DNA of 64,000 nt from an uncultured Acidobacteriota bacterium (GCA_963776495.1 CAVZMW010000006.1:1045629-1109628), one strand, 5' to 3'. Shown: positions 39,266 to 48,574, counted from the stretch's first letter. Translations and numbers: made by a program. The notes: generated by a model not told the origin, from the sequence alone.

Positions 39266-39300
39266 CGAATCGACCCGCGACTGGCGGCCGACGGCGGCAC
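39266..39300. repeat. Heptad repeat array, 5 units (weak)
   Basis: cgaatcg acccgcg actggcg gccgacg gcggcac, in the 5' region of the ferritin-like gene. Confidence 0.5.
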
Positions 39301-39349
39301 GGTCCATCGCTGTTGCTGCGGTCCTCAATCGTCGCCATAATCCGTCCTC

Positions 39350-39426
39350 GTAGGGCGGGCCTTCAGGCCCGCCGGCCGGGTGGCCATCTGTCGTCGTAGG
39401 GCGGGCCTTCAGGCCCGCCGGCCGGG
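39350..39426 (+). repeat. Two identical direct copies of the REP-like element (copies c, d)
   Basis: The 31-nt gtagggcgggccttcaggcccgccggccggg occurs at 39350-39380 and 39396-39426. Confidence 0.8.
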
Positions 39427-39431
39427 TTACC

Positions 39432-40076
39432 ATGAGAACACTGCGACCGCACGTCGCGACTCCGTGGTTCTTCTGCCTGTTGCTTCTTCCTGTTCTCCTG
39501 GCGGCGGGACAACAGCGGGGTCCGGGCGCCAGCTACGACGGCCACTGGTGGTTGTCGGCCGGCGGGGACGAGCGCTTCGGCTTCCTGAACGGCTTCTTCG
39601 ACTGCTATACCCACGAGTTCGAGGGGCCGGACCGCTACACGAGCCTGGCGACGACCTACCGGACTGCGATCACCGAGTTCTACCAGAACGGCTCGGCGGC
39701 TGAACGGGACCTCCCGGTCTCGAATCCACTACACCGACTCCGCGATACCTCGCCGCCGGTCGCGATCGATCGCTACGGCGGGCACTCGAAGGAGCCGCAC
39801 GGGCGCCACGACGGGCTCTACTGGCGGGAGATCAGCGCCAGGGGCGGACCCGAGCTTGAACAGCGCGGCTTCGCCGAGGGCTACCTGGCGTGTCACGCCG
39901 AACTCAATCTCGGCAGAGGCGGAACCTTCTCGAAGCCGGCCTCCGTATACGTCAGCTCGATCACCGGATGGTACGGATTCAACGCCGAGACTGGCGACCT
40001 CGACCGGAAGCGGGAGCCCACGCCGATTGCGGACGTGCTGTTCACATTCAAAGACCAGGCCGGGTCCGCCAAGTAG
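39432..40076 (+). CDS. Hypothetical secreted protein
   Basis: 214 aa with signal peptide (WFFCLLLLPVLLAAG). Composition unlike shadow ORFs. No family recognised. Confidence 0.55.
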   Translation: MRTLRPHVATPWFFCLLLLPVLLAAGQQRGPGASYDGHWWLSAGGDERFGFLNGFFDCYTHEFEGPDRYTSLATTYRTAITEFYQNGSAAERDLPVSNPLHRLRDTSPPVAIDRYGGHSKEPHGRHDGLYWREISARGGPELEQRGFAEGYLACHAELNLGRGGTFSKPASVYVSSITGWYGFNAETGDLDRKREPTPIADVLFTFKDQAGSAK

Positions 40077-40263
40077 CGCCGGCGGTGCCATACACTGCCC
40101 GTTGCCGCCCCGGGGGCCACGAGTCTGCGGCGTCAACAGGGCCGGGCGCCTCGCTCGTCCTCCCTCCGCGCAGAGGCGAGCGATTCTCCTCGACGTGGTA
40201 ACCTCCGTCGGCCTTCGCTTCAGGATGGTGGTGGCTGAGTGTGCACGTTGCTGACGACGGAGT

Positions 40264-40452
40264 ATGTGCATGGTCATGGAACCGAAGGCATCACATAGAT
40301 CGGGCCTGGCGCGGAAGATGGCGATTGCGGGCATTGTGGTGGGGCTCGCATTCATGTCCTTCCACTGGTTTGACCTGACCTTCAATCCATTTCACCTGCC
40401 GAGTTCGAACGAGGCTCCGGCCAACTACAGCCAGCCGAGGTTCCGCGGGTGA
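40264..40452 (+). CDS. Possible small membrane protein
   Basis: 62 aa ORF with one hydrophobic helix (MAIAGIVVGLAFMSF) in a lower-GC patch. Weak support. Confidence 0.25.
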   Translation: MCMVMEPKASHRSGLARKMAIAGIVVGLAFMSFHWFDLTFNPFHLPSSNEAPANYSQPRFRG

Positions 40453-40527
40453 AGCTATCGAGACGCTCCTGAGAAGTAGACAGCGGTCTGGAACAACCCC
40501 AAGATGAGCGCCCGGCACAGGACTCGC

Positions 40528-40640
40528 GGCTGAACCGGGGGCTGAAGGGCTGACAGCCGGCGGTCGACAGCCGCTCGCCGGTCGCCCAAAGCCCATCCGC
40601 GCCGCCAGCCGCGAGTCGCAAGTCGCCAGCCGAGCAGGAG
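40528..40640. repeat. Degenerate heptad-periodic tract, about 15 units
   Basis: ggctgaa ccggggg ctgaagg gctgaca gccggcg gtcgaca gccgctc gccggtc gcccaaa gcccatc ... cgccagc cgcgagt cgcaagt cgccagc. Lies in the 370-nt non-coding region upstream of ptb. Confidence 0.55.
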
Positions 40641-40821
40641 TGTCTCCGCCTTGACAGTGCAGACCTGCCGAGAGAGACTAGATCGCCCTGTTTTCGTGCC
40701 CCTGCCACGCGCGCCACGGCGAGTTCCCCGGAGTCAACCGCCGAACGGATCGCCGGCTTTCCTGGGCAAGCTGGCCGCCCGAGGCGCGTCCGTGGTTTCA
40801 TCCGACTGACGGACCGCTGAA

Positions 40822-41724
40822 ATGTCACCTGTGACCACCATCCGTCAAGTCCACGATCTGGCGAAGCAGGGCACCCCGCGCACGATCGCGGTGGTCTGCC
40901 CGCACGACGATGACGTCCTGCTGTCGCTGGACAGAGCGACCAAGGCCGGTGTGGTGCGCCCGCTGCTCTTCGGCCGCCGCGCCCTCATCGAGTCGCTGTG
41001 CGCGAAGCTCCACCTCGACGCGTTCAAGCCCGAGATCGTCGAATGCCCCGACGATGCGGCCGCAGTGGGACTGGCGGTCGGCGCGGTGCGGAGCGGCGAA
41101 GCCCAGATGCTGATGAAGGGAATGGTGTCGAGCGGCACCTTCCTCAAGGGCATCCTCAACAAGGAGCTCGGCCTCAGGGACCGCCCGCTGCTGAGCCACG
41201 TGGCGGTGTTCGAGGCCGCCGACCCCGAGCGGCTGGTCCTGTTCACCGACGTCGCGATGAACATCGCCCCCGACCTCGACCAGAAGAGGCAGATCCTCGA
41301 GAACGCCGTCGGCCTGGCGCGGCGGCTCGGGATCGACAAGCCGAAAGTCGCGGTCATCGCGGCCGTCGAGACGGTCAACGCCGACATGCCCGCCACGCTC
41401 GACGCGGCGGCGTTGGCCAAGATGGCGGACCGGGGCCAGATCAAGGGCTGCGTGGTGGACGGGCCGCTCGCGCTCGACAACGCCCTGTCGGTCGAGGCGG
41501 CGCGTCACAAGGGGATCGTCAGCCCGGTGGCCGGCGTGGCGGACGTGCTGCTGCTGCCGGACATCGAGGCCGGCAACGTGCTCTACAAGGCGATTGGCCT
41601 GGTGGCCAGGTGCCCGCTCGCGGCCGTCATCGTCGGGGCGAGCGCGCCCGTGGTGCTGACGTCGCGGGCCGACTCGGACGAGACGAAGTTCAACTCGATC
41701 GCGCTGGCGGCGGCGATTTCGTGA
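40822..41724 (+). CDS. ptb: Phosphate acyl(butyryl/acetyl)transferase
   Basis: 300 aa. The PTA_PTB family pattern runs throughout (MLMKGMVSSGTFLKGILNKE, DVAMNIAPDL, PDIEAGNVLYK, TSRADS). Confidence 0.85.
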   Translation: MSPVTTIRQVHDLAKQGTPRTIAVVCPHDDDVLLSLDRATKAGVVRPLLFGRRALIESLCAKLHLDAFKPEIVECPDDAAAVGLAVGAVRSGEAQMLMKGMVSSGTFLKGILNKELGLRDRPLLSHVAVFEAADPERLVLFTDVAMNIAPDLDQKRQILENAVGLARRLGIDKPKVAVIAAVETVNADMPATLDAAALAKMADRGQIKGCVVDGPLALDNALSVEAARHKGIVSPVAGVADVLLLPDIEAGNVLYKAIGLVARCPLAAVIVGASAPVVLTSRADSDETKFNSIALAAAIS

Positions 41725-42446
41725 AGGCGACGCTCGACGGCGGCCCGCGGCTCACGGTCATCAGCGGCGCCTTCGGCACCGGCAAGACCGAGATCGCGAT
41801 CAACCTCGCCCTGAAGCTGCGCGAGGCGGGGGCCGACCCCGTCACCCTCGTCGATCTCGACATCGTGAACCTGTACTTCCGGTCGCGGCAGAAGGCGTAC
41901 GAGCTCGAGCAGAAGGGGATCCGGGTGGTGTCGAGCGTTGAAGGGATGGAGAACGCCGACCTGCCGGCGCTCTCGCCCGCGATCAACGCCTGCTTCGATC
42001 GGAAGGACGGCCCGGTGGTGTTCGACCTCGGCGGCAGCGACCTCGGCGGGACCGTCGCGGCCTACCTGCACCGGGGGTTCGCCGGCGAACCGACGCGCCA
42101 CTGGCTGGTCGTCAACCCCTACCGGCCGTTCAACCAGACGGCCGAGGCGACGATCGAGATGGCCGAGATGATCGCGGCGCGCTCGCGCCTGCCGATCACG
42201 GGGATGATCGCGAACCCGCACATGATGACCGAGACGACACCCGAGATCATCCGCGAGGGGTTCGCGCGGGTGAGGGCGATCACGCGGTATCCGCTGGTCT
42301 CGCTGGCGGTGATGGACGAGTACTATCGCGAGGGGGCGTTCGACGACCTCGGCGTGCCCGTGCTGGTGATCGGCAAGCAGATGAAACAGCCGTGGGAACC
42401 TGGAGGTATCATGATGGCCGGAAAAAGGGGGAAGCGATGCCCATGA
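41721..42446 (+). CDS. P-loop NTPase (MinD/CooC-like) of unknown role
   Basis: GTG 41721 overlaps the ptb stop. Walker A GAFGTGKT and a hydrophobic strand plus Asp (VTLVDLD). 241 aa. Confidence 0.6.
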   Translation: MKATLDGGPRLTVISGAFGTGKTEIAINLALKLREAGADPVTLVDLDIVNLYFRSRQKAYELEQKGIRVVSSVEGMENADLPALSPAINACFDRKDGPVVFDLGGSDLGGTVAAYLHRGFAGEPTRHWLVVNPYRPFNQTAEATIEMAEMIAARSRLPITGMIANPHMMTETTPEIIREGFARVRAITRYPLVSLAVMDEYYREGAFDDLGVPVLVIGKQMKQPWEPGGIMMAGKRGKRCP

Positions 42447-42637
42447 TCGCAATCAACGAGGACAGGTGCAAGGGGTGCGCGCTGTGCGTCCGCGTCTGTC
42501 CCACGCACGTGATCGAGATCGGGAAGAAGCTGAACGTGAAGGGGTTCTACGCGGCGGCCTATACCGGGGGGAAGTGCACGGCCTGCAAGGCGTGCGGGTT
42601 GATCTGCCCCGATATCTGCATCGAGATCTTCAGGTAA
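42437..42637 (+). CDS. 2x[4Fe-4S] ferredoxin (OFOR delta subunit)
   Basis: 66 aa with CKGCALCVRVCP and CTACKACGLICP. RBS aaaagggggaag upstream. Confidence 0.85.
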   Translation: MPMIAINEDRCKGCALCVRVCPTHVIEIGKKLNVKGFYAAAYTGGKCTACKACGLICPDICIEIFR

Positions 42638-42638
42638 T

Positions 42639-42722
42639 GGTTCATGGCTCAGGGCTGAAGGCTCAGGCACGATGGGTTGTCGACCTTGTGCTTGAGCCGT
42701 GAGCCCTGGGCCCTGGGCCCAT
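42639..42722. repeat. Heptad inverted pair inside the OFOR operon
   Basis: ggttcat ggctcag ggctgaa ggctcag ... cttgagc cgtgagc cctgggc cctgggc. The arms match 18 of 22 as reverse complements. Fills the gap between the ferredoxin and alpha subunit genes. Confidence 0.75.
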
Positions 42723-42736
42723 GGAGTGGCACTCAT

Positions 42737-43784
42737 ATGAAAGTGCTGATGAAGGGGAACGAGGCCCTGTCGGAGGCGGCGATCCGCGCCGGGGCCACGC
42801 TGTACTTCGGGTATCCGATCACCCCGCAGAACGAAGTCGGCGAGTACATGTCGCGGCGCCTGCCGACGATCCCGGGTGGCGCCTACATCCAGGCCGAGAC
42901 CGAGGTGGCGTCGATCAACATGGTCTACGGCGCGGCCTCCGCGGGGCGGCGGGCGCTGACCAGCTCGTCGTCGCCCGGGATCAGCCTGATGCAGGAAGGC
43001 ATCTCCTACCTGGCCGGCGCGGAGCTGCCGGCCGTGGTGGTCAGCATCATGCGGGGCGGACCGGGCCTCGGGAACATCAACCCCGAGCAGGCCGACTACT
43101 TCCAGGCCACCAAGGGCGGCGGCCACGGCAGCTACCGGATGATCGTCCTCGCCCCGGCCTCGGTGCAGGAGATGGCCGACCTGACGGTGCTCGCCTTCGA
43201 TCTGGCCGACAAGTACCCGGAACCCGGTCATGGTGGCCGCCGACGGCAACCTCGGCCAGATGATGGAGCCGGTCGATCTGCAGGAGAGCTACCCGAACAC
43301 CCACGACCACTCGTCGTGGGCGCTCACGGGCGCGAAGGACCGGAAGGGGCACACGATCACCTCCATTTACCTCGACGCCGACGAGATGGAGGACTACATC
43401 AAGAAGCTCTACGTGAAGTACGGCGAGATCGAGCGCACCGAGACGCGGTACGAGGAGTTTCTGACCGCCGACGCCGAAGTGGTGATCGTCGCCTACGGGA
43501 TCGTCTCGCGCGTCGTCCGGTCGGCCGTCGAGGAGCTGCGCGCGGAGGGCATCAAGGCCGGGATGGTCCGCCCGATCACCCTGTGGCCGTATCCCTCGGC
43601 GGTGCTGCAACGGCTCGCGGGCCAGGCGAAGTTCTTCCTGGCATCCGAGATGTCGATGGGGCAGATGGTCGAGGACGTCCGGCTCGCCGTCAACGGGCAG
43701 CGTCCGGTCTACTTCTACGGCAGGTCCGGCGGCAACGTCCCGGCGCCCTCGGAGATCGTGGCGGCCGTCAAGCAGCGGATGTAG
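42737..43784 (+). pseudogene. 2-oxoacid:ferredoxin oxidoreductase alpha subunit with one apparent +1 frameshift
   Basis: The N-terminal part ([19 protein letters not shown]...DLADKY) is in the frame of 42737. The C-terminal part ([16 protein letters not shown]...AAVKQRM) is in the frame of track ORF 43230..43784. Deleting one C from the CCC at 43216-43218 restores [13 protein letters not shown]. Confidence 0.8.
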
Positions 43785-43793
43785 GGGGAACCG

Positions 43794-44546
43794 ATGCAGA
43801 AGGTATTCGAGCGGCCCAAGTCGCTCAACGACAAGCCATTTCACTACTGCCCCGGCTGCGGCCACGGGATCGTCCACCGCATGGTCGCTGAGGCGATCGA
43901 CGAACTCGGTCTGTTCGACCGGACCGTCATGATCTCGCCGGTCGGGTGCTCGGTGTTCGCGTACTGGTATTTCGAGACCGACAACGTGCAGGCGGCGCAC
44001 GGGCGCGCGCCGGCGGTCGGCACGGGCCTCAAGCGCGCCAACCCGGACTCGATCGTCATCAGCTACCAGGGCGACGGCGACCTCGCCTCGTCGGGCACCG
44101 CGGAGATCATCCACGCGGCCGCCCGCGGCGAGAACTTCACCGTCATCTTCATCAACAACGCGATCTACGGGATGACCGGCGGCCAGATGGCGCCGACGAC
44201 GCTCGTGGGCCAGATGAGCTCGACCTCGCCGTACGGGCGCGACCCGAAGTTCGCCGGGTACCCGGTGCACGTGAGCGAGATGCTCGCCACGCTCAAGGCG
44301 CCGCGCTACATCGAGCGGACCTCGCTCAACAACGTGGCCAACCTGAGCCGGACCAAGAGGGCCATCAAGAAGGCGCTCGATCTCCAGAACAAGGGCCAGG
44401 GATTCACCTTCGTCGAGGTGCTGTCGCCCTGCCCGACCAACTGGGGCGTGGACCCGAACGAGGCGATCGACTGGATGGAGTCGAGCCTGATGCCGGAGTT
44501 CCCGCTGGGCGTGTTCCGCGATGTGACGGCGGCGGAGGTGAAGTGA
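43794..44546 (+). CDS. 2-oxoacid:ferredoxin oxidoreductase beta subunit (TPP-binding)
   Basis: 250 aa with CPGCGHG and GDGD...NN..YGMTGGQ motifs. Confidence 0.9.
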   Translation: MQKVFERPKSLNDKPFHYCPGCGHGIVHRMVAEAIDELGLFDRTVMISPVGCSVFAYWYFETDNVQAAHGRAPAVGTGLKRANPDSIVISYQGDGDLASSGTAEIIHAAARGENFTVIFINNAIYGMTGGQMAPTTLVGQMSSTSPYGRDPKFAGYPVHVSEMLATLKAPRYIERTSLNNVANLSRTKRAIKKALDLQNKGQGFTFVEVLSPCPTNWGVDPNEAIDWMESSLMPEFPLGVFRDVTAAEVK

Positions 44547-45091
44547 TGACCTACGACATCGTGCTCGCGGGCTTCGGCGGCCAGGGCATTCTCTTCCTCG
44601 GGAAGATGATCGCGCTCGCCGGCATGGTCGACGGCAAGGAAGTCTCGTGGATCCCATCCTACGGTCCCGAGATGCGCGGCGGCACGGCGAACTGCTCGGT
44701 CGTCGTCTCCGACCGGCGGATCGGCACGCCGGTCGTCAGTCACCCGAACGTGCTGGTGGCGATGAACCGGCCGTCGCTCGAGAAGTTCGAGTCGAAGATG
44801 GAGCCGGGCGGCCACCTGTTCATCAACAAGACGCTCATCGAGATCCCGCACACGCGCCAGGACGTCACGGTGACCTACCTGGAGATGACGGGCATCGCGG
44901 GCGAGCTGGGCAACCCCCGGCTGGCCAACATCGTGGCGCTCGGCGGGCTGGTGGGCCGCGTGGGACTGGTGAGCCGCGACGCGGTCATCAAGGCGCTGAA
45001 CAAGGAGCTGTCGGGCAAGAAGGCGGCGCTGCTGGATCTGAACCTGCAGGCGCTCGATCTGGGGGCGCAGGCGGCGCTGGTGTCGGCGTAG
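44546..45091 (+). CDS. 2-oxoacid:ferredoxin oxidoreductase gamma subunit
   Basis: 181 aa with GFGGQGIL and GPEMRGG motifs. The start overlaps the beta subunit stop. Confidence 0.9.
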   Translation: MTYDIVLAGFGGQGILFLGKMIALAGMVDGKEVSWIPSYGPEMRGGTANCSVVVSDRRIGTPVVSHPNVLVAMNRPSLEKFESKMEPGGHLFINKTLIEIPHTRQDVTVTYLEMTGIAGELGNPRLANIVALGGLVGRVGLVSRDAVIKALNKELSGKKAALLDLNLQALDLGAQAALVSA

Positions 45092-45185
45092 GCCGCGCTC
45101 AGGGCTTCCGCCTCCGCCAAGGCTACGGCGGACCCGCCGGAGCCCGCCGTCGCCCTTCGGGCTGTGGCGGGGCGAAGGCGGGCAG

Positions 45186-45262
45186 GGCTCAAGGCTCAGG
45201 ACTCAAGCCCGGAGGCTCAAGACTCAGGGCTCACGGCTTACGACTCACGCCTCACGACTTGC
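45186..45262. repeat. Heptad repeat array, 11 units
   Basis: ggctcaa ggctcag gactcaa gcccgga ggctcaa gactcag ggctcac ggcttac gactcac gcctcac gacttgc. Lies between the OFOR operon and the intI 3' end. Confidence 0.85.
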
Positions 45263-45327
45263 GGCCGCCGGTAGCAACCCGCCGGCGGCCGTTTTCACAT
45301 CACCCGTTCTTCCGCTCCGGCGCCGCC

Positions 45328-46650
45328 TCAGAGGTCGTCGCTTGGCGAGGTTCTGCCATCCGGCCCGGCACGGTGGAGCATGTCGAGCGGGCTTCGCGGC
45401 GGATTGCGCAACTCCTTGACGACGTGCGTGTAGATCATCGTCGTCTCGACGTTTGCGTGGCCGAGGTATTCCTGGATCTGGCGGATATCGACACCGCTCA
45501 GGAGCAGGTGCGTCGCGAAACAGTGTCGCAGAGTGTGGACGGACACCGGCTTGTGGAGTCTCGCCCGAGCGGCGGCGGCCTTGACCGCCTTCTGGAGAAC
45601 GGATTCGGACAGGTGATGGCGGCGCACCACTCCGGCCCGCGGGTCTGTTGACAGCGTCTGGCTCGGAAAGACCCAGAACCACCCCCATTCGCGGCTGGCG
45701 TTCGGGTACTTCCGGTCAAGGGCTTCCGGCATCCACACGCCTGCCAGGCCGGCCTTGCGATCGGCCCGGTGGAGCGATTCGTTGGCGCGCAGGTGGGCGC
45801 GGAGGGGCTCCCGGCCGGCCTGGGCGAGGAGCGTCGACCGGTCCTTGTCGCCCTTCCCCGCGCGCACGAACACCAGTCCCTGATCGAAGTCGACGTCCTT
45901 TACCCGGAGTTCACAACACTCCGACACGCGGAGGCCGCCGCCGTAGATCAGCCCGGCCATGATTTGTGGGATGCCTCGCATCGCCTGCAGCAAGGCCGCG
46001 GTTTCGGGGACGCTCAGCACGACGGGCAGGCGGTCGCCGCGTTTTGCCCGTGGCGTGAGCGAGAGCCCTTCGGGGGTCAGTCCGACGACCTCCCGGCAGA
46101 GGAACAAGACGGCGCACATGGCCTGGTTTTGCGTGCTGGCCGAGACGTGCCGGTGTGTCGCGAGGTGGGTGAGGAAATCGCGAGCTCCTTCCGGGAGGAT
46201 CTGCGGCTGGGGGCTGTGCTGCTGGCCGCCGAGGTAGTCGAGAAAACGGCGCGCCCAGTCGATGTAAGTGCACTCCGTCCGGTAGGAGTAGTGCCGGGCC
46301 CGGATGCGCGACCGCATCTGCTCCAGCATGGCGAGTGGACCGGCGTGCGCCGGCCCGGCCGCGGCGTCGCGCGCCGTCTGTCGGTGCCAGTCGGTTCGCT
46401 GGAGGAAGTTGACGAAGTAAACCCGGAGCGCCTGTTCGGCTTGTTGGACCTGCCAGTCGGGAACCGCTCCCGACCGCTCCAGGTCGTCGCAGAAGTGGCG
46501 CACCTGGTCGGCGACTGGCTCGTCCACGGCCTGACGAGAGAGGAACTGCCGTACCCACCGGACGAAGTAGGGTGCGGCACTTGGACGCGCCAACTGGCGC
46601 TTCAGGAGGAACTCGGCGAACTGCTGCAGTTGCGACTCGGTTTCCCGCAC
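45328..46650 (-). CDS. intI: Integron integrase with N-terminal extension
   Basis: 440 aa. Tyrosine recombinase motifs GLRVSE, HTLRH.FATHLL, LGH....TMIYTHV. Carries the integron-specific insertion ALDRKYPNASREWGWFWVFPS. About 100 extra N-terminal residues relative to typical IntI. Confidence 0.9.
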   Translation of the reverse strand: MRETESQLQQFAEFLLKRQLARPSAAPYFVRWVRQFLSRQAVDEPVADQVRHFCDDLERSGAVPDWQVQQAEQALRVYFVNFLQRTDWHRQTARDAAAGPAHAGPLAMLEQMRSRIRARHYSYRTECTYIDWARRFLDYLGGQQHSPQPQILPEGARDFLTHLATHRHVSASTQNQAMCAVLFLCREVVGLTPEGLSLTPRAKRGDRLPVVLSVPETAALLQAMRGIPQIMAGLIYGGGLRVSECCELRVKDVDFDQGLVFVRAGKGDKDRSTLLAQAGREPLRAHLRANESLHRADRKAGLAGVWMPEALDRKYPNASREWGWFWVFPSQTLSTDPRAGVVRRHHLSESVLQKAVKAAAARARLHKPVSVHTLRHCFATHLLLSGVDIRQIQEYLGHANVETTMIYTHVVKELRNPPRSPLDMLHRAGPDGRTSPSDDL

Positions 46651-47035
46651 GGCGACCCGTCAGCCAGATGCTGTGCAGACTGGCGGCCGCCCCTCATCCG
46701 ATCGCCCAGGCCCCTGTCCGCACAAGGGTTGTGTCGCAGGGCAGCAGATGAGGCGCGCGCGCCTCCCGTTGCGACGAGGGCGGAGCGCCAACTCCAATTG
46801 CAAGGCGACCGTGCAATAGCCGCCGACTGGCCAACGACGGCAACTGGCGCACTGGGCCGCCGGCGCGATTCCGGCGTCCCGACGACATCCGCCCCTCGCA
46901 ACGTCTTCTTCAGAAAGGCACTTGCTTCTCGGGCTCCCTCGCAGGAGAATCCCCCTCGCCAGGCGTGTCCGGCGTCGCATGGAAACTGCGATTGCCCACC
47001 TGGAACCTGCGGTTCCCGCGTTCTACCTATTGGAT

Positions 47036-47042
47036 GTTAGGC
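47036..47042 (+). other. Candidate attI core (GTTAGGC)
   Basis: This is the first GTTRRRY-type core between intI and the first cassette ORF. It is identical to the R' core of attC 1. Confidence 0.45.
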
Positions 47043-47097
47043 CGTCGAACGTGATGCATTGCGTTCTGTAAATACAGCGTGCATACTTATTACTGCG

Positions 47098-47391
47098 ATG
47101 CGCGACATCCGGTTTGAGTGGGACCCGGCGAAAGCGGCCGCGAACGCCCGCAAGCACGGCGTGACCTTCGAAGAAGCGCAGACTGCGTTCTTCGACGATT
47201 TGGCTCTCGTGATTGACGACCCCGAACATTCGGAAGCCGAGACGAGGTTCGTTCTGTTGGGTCTGAGCGCCGCCGCTCGGATCCTCGTTGTCGTGCATGC
47301 CCACCGTTCGGCTCCCGACACAATTCGGATTATCTCGGCTCGCAAGGCCAGCAGGGCGGAGCGGGTCGGCTACGTGAAGAGGTTCCGATGA
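47098..47391 (+). CDS. brnT: BrnT-family toxin (DUF497)
   Basis: IRFEWDPAKAAANARKHGVTFEEA...IRIISARKA matches the BrnT pattern. ATG 47098 is preferred over the TTG at 47059. Confidence 0.85.
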   Translation: MRDIRFEWDPAKAAANARKHGVTFEEAQTAFFDDLALVIDDPEHSEAETRFVLLGLSAAARILVVVHAHRSAPDTIRIISARKASRAERVGYVKRFR

Positions 47392-47618
47392 GGAAGGAAT
47401 ATGACTTCAGCCGTGCACGACCAAATCCGTATGCGAAACGGCTCAAACGGCCCGTGACGATTCGCCTCGACCAAGCGACTGTCGCGTACTTCAAGGAGCT
47501 CGGAACGGAAACCGGGATTCCGTATCAAACGCTGATCAACTGGTACTTGCGCGACTGCGCGGCATCGAGGCGTCGTCCGACAATGCAATGGGTCGAACCC
47601 AAGAAGGGCGCGGCCTAA
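47388..47618 (+). CDS. brnA: BrnA-family antitoxin
   Basis: YDFSRARPNPYAKRLKRPVTIRLDQATVAYFK...GIPYQTLINWYLRDCA. Overlaps brnT by 4 nt. The stop TAA lies in the attC R'' core. Confidence 0.85.
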   Translation: MRKEYDFSRARPNPYAKRLKRPVTIRLDQATVAYFKELGTETGIPYQTLINWYLRDCAASRRRPTMQWVEPKKGAA

Positions 47619-47685
47619 CAAGCGCTTGCACCCGACGGCGCTCGCTGCGTTGGTCAGGCGCCGCGGGTGAAGCGCATCGTTAGGC
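47613..47685 (+). other. attC site 1 (73 bp)
   Basis: R'' gcctaac and R' gttaggc are perfectly complementary. The inner arms gcgcttgcaccc / gggtgaagcgc pair with one unpaired base. Confidence 0.85.
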
Positions 47686-47707
47686 GGTGCATCGAAGGGC
47701 ATCTGAT

Positions 47708-48445
47708 ATGCCAACTGCTGGAACACCGGGTCGCAAGGCTGTCGAAGCGGCACACATGGGGCGCTTCGAGGCGAACCTAGCCGACGTGGAACGATTGCTG
47801 GCAATCCACCGGGAGATTGCGGGCGGCAGCAAGGGCCGGAAGCACAATGTCGAGGTCCTCAACAAGAGCGGCATCGTGTTGCTTGTCGCCTGCTGGGAGG
47901 CGTTCATTGAGGACTTGGCTGAAGCAGCGTTCGATGCTCTTCTCGAGCACGTGTCGGACCCCGCGACGTTGCCGCCGAAACTACAGACGCAAGCCTCAGC
48001 AGAGTTGAAGTCATCATCGGATGACCGCCGCGTTTGGGAGCTCGCCGGCGACGGGTGGAAGGAAGTTCTGAAACGGCATCGCAGAGAAACATTGAAGCGC
48101 CATCTAAGCTCTTTCAATACGCCAAAGCCTGAACAGATCGATACACTGTTCGAGGATCTCCTCGGCCTTCGCAGCCTGTCGCAGTCCTGGAAATGGCCGC
48201 GGAGCTCGCCTTCGCGGGGAGCAACCACATTGCGCGAACTTGTGGCCCTTCGTGGTTCCATCGCGCATCGGGTGTGCGCCGCCAAAGCAGTCAAGAAGCG
48301 TGATGTGTGGCGAGCCGGCATGTTCCTGATTCGCCTTTCGGTGTGCTCCCACAATCGAGTATTGGAACACCTGAAGCCGTTCACTGGGTTTGCGCCATGG
48401 GACGAGTACGCTCAGCCGAATGAACGTTCAGAGCCTGCCGCCTAA
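47708..48445 (+). CDS. Standalone HEPN-like protein (RiboL-PSP-HEPN-like), putative RNase
   Basis: 245 aa. LNKSGIVLLVACWEAFIEDL and the C-terminal R-x4-H motif (LRGSIAHR) fit my recollection of this HEPN clade. It is the single ORF of cassette 2. Confidence 0.5.
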   Translation: MPTAGTPGRKAVEAAHMGRFEANLADVERLLAIHREIAGGSKGRKHNVEVLNKSGIVLLVACWEAFIEDLAEAAFDALLEHVSDPATLPPKLQTQASAELKSSSDDRRVWELAGDGWKEVLKRHRRETLKRHLSSFNTPKPEQIDTLFEDLLGLRSLSQSWKWPRSSPSRGATTLRELVALRGSIAHRVCAAKAVKKRDVWRAGMFLIRLSVCSHNRVLEHLKPFTGFAPWDEYAQPNERSEPAA

Positions 48446-48511
48446 CCGGCGATTGCAGCCGACGGCGGATGGTGAACCATGGGCCGTCGCGGCTGAATCG
48501 CGATGTTCGGC
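48440..48511 (+). other. attC site 2 (72 bp)
   Basis: R'' gcctaac, central ttgcagccgacggcgg, R' gttcggc. Confidence 0.8.
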
Positions 48512-48574
48512 GGACTGAGCGCGACGCAGAGGCCATGACAGACCACACGACTAAGCGCACGATCTGAAAGACCT

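Noticed and set aside
40453-40821. Possible riboswitch or sRNA in the long leader upstream of ptb
   Set aside because: I could not recognise any known riboswitch core. The region is largely degenerate heptad sequence, and it cannot be supported without a covariance-model search.
46660-46980. Small ORFs (99-106 aa) in the intI-attI spacer
   Set aside because: They overlap on one strand in different frames, have Arg/Ala/Pro-rich shadow-like composition, and show no start context or family motifs.
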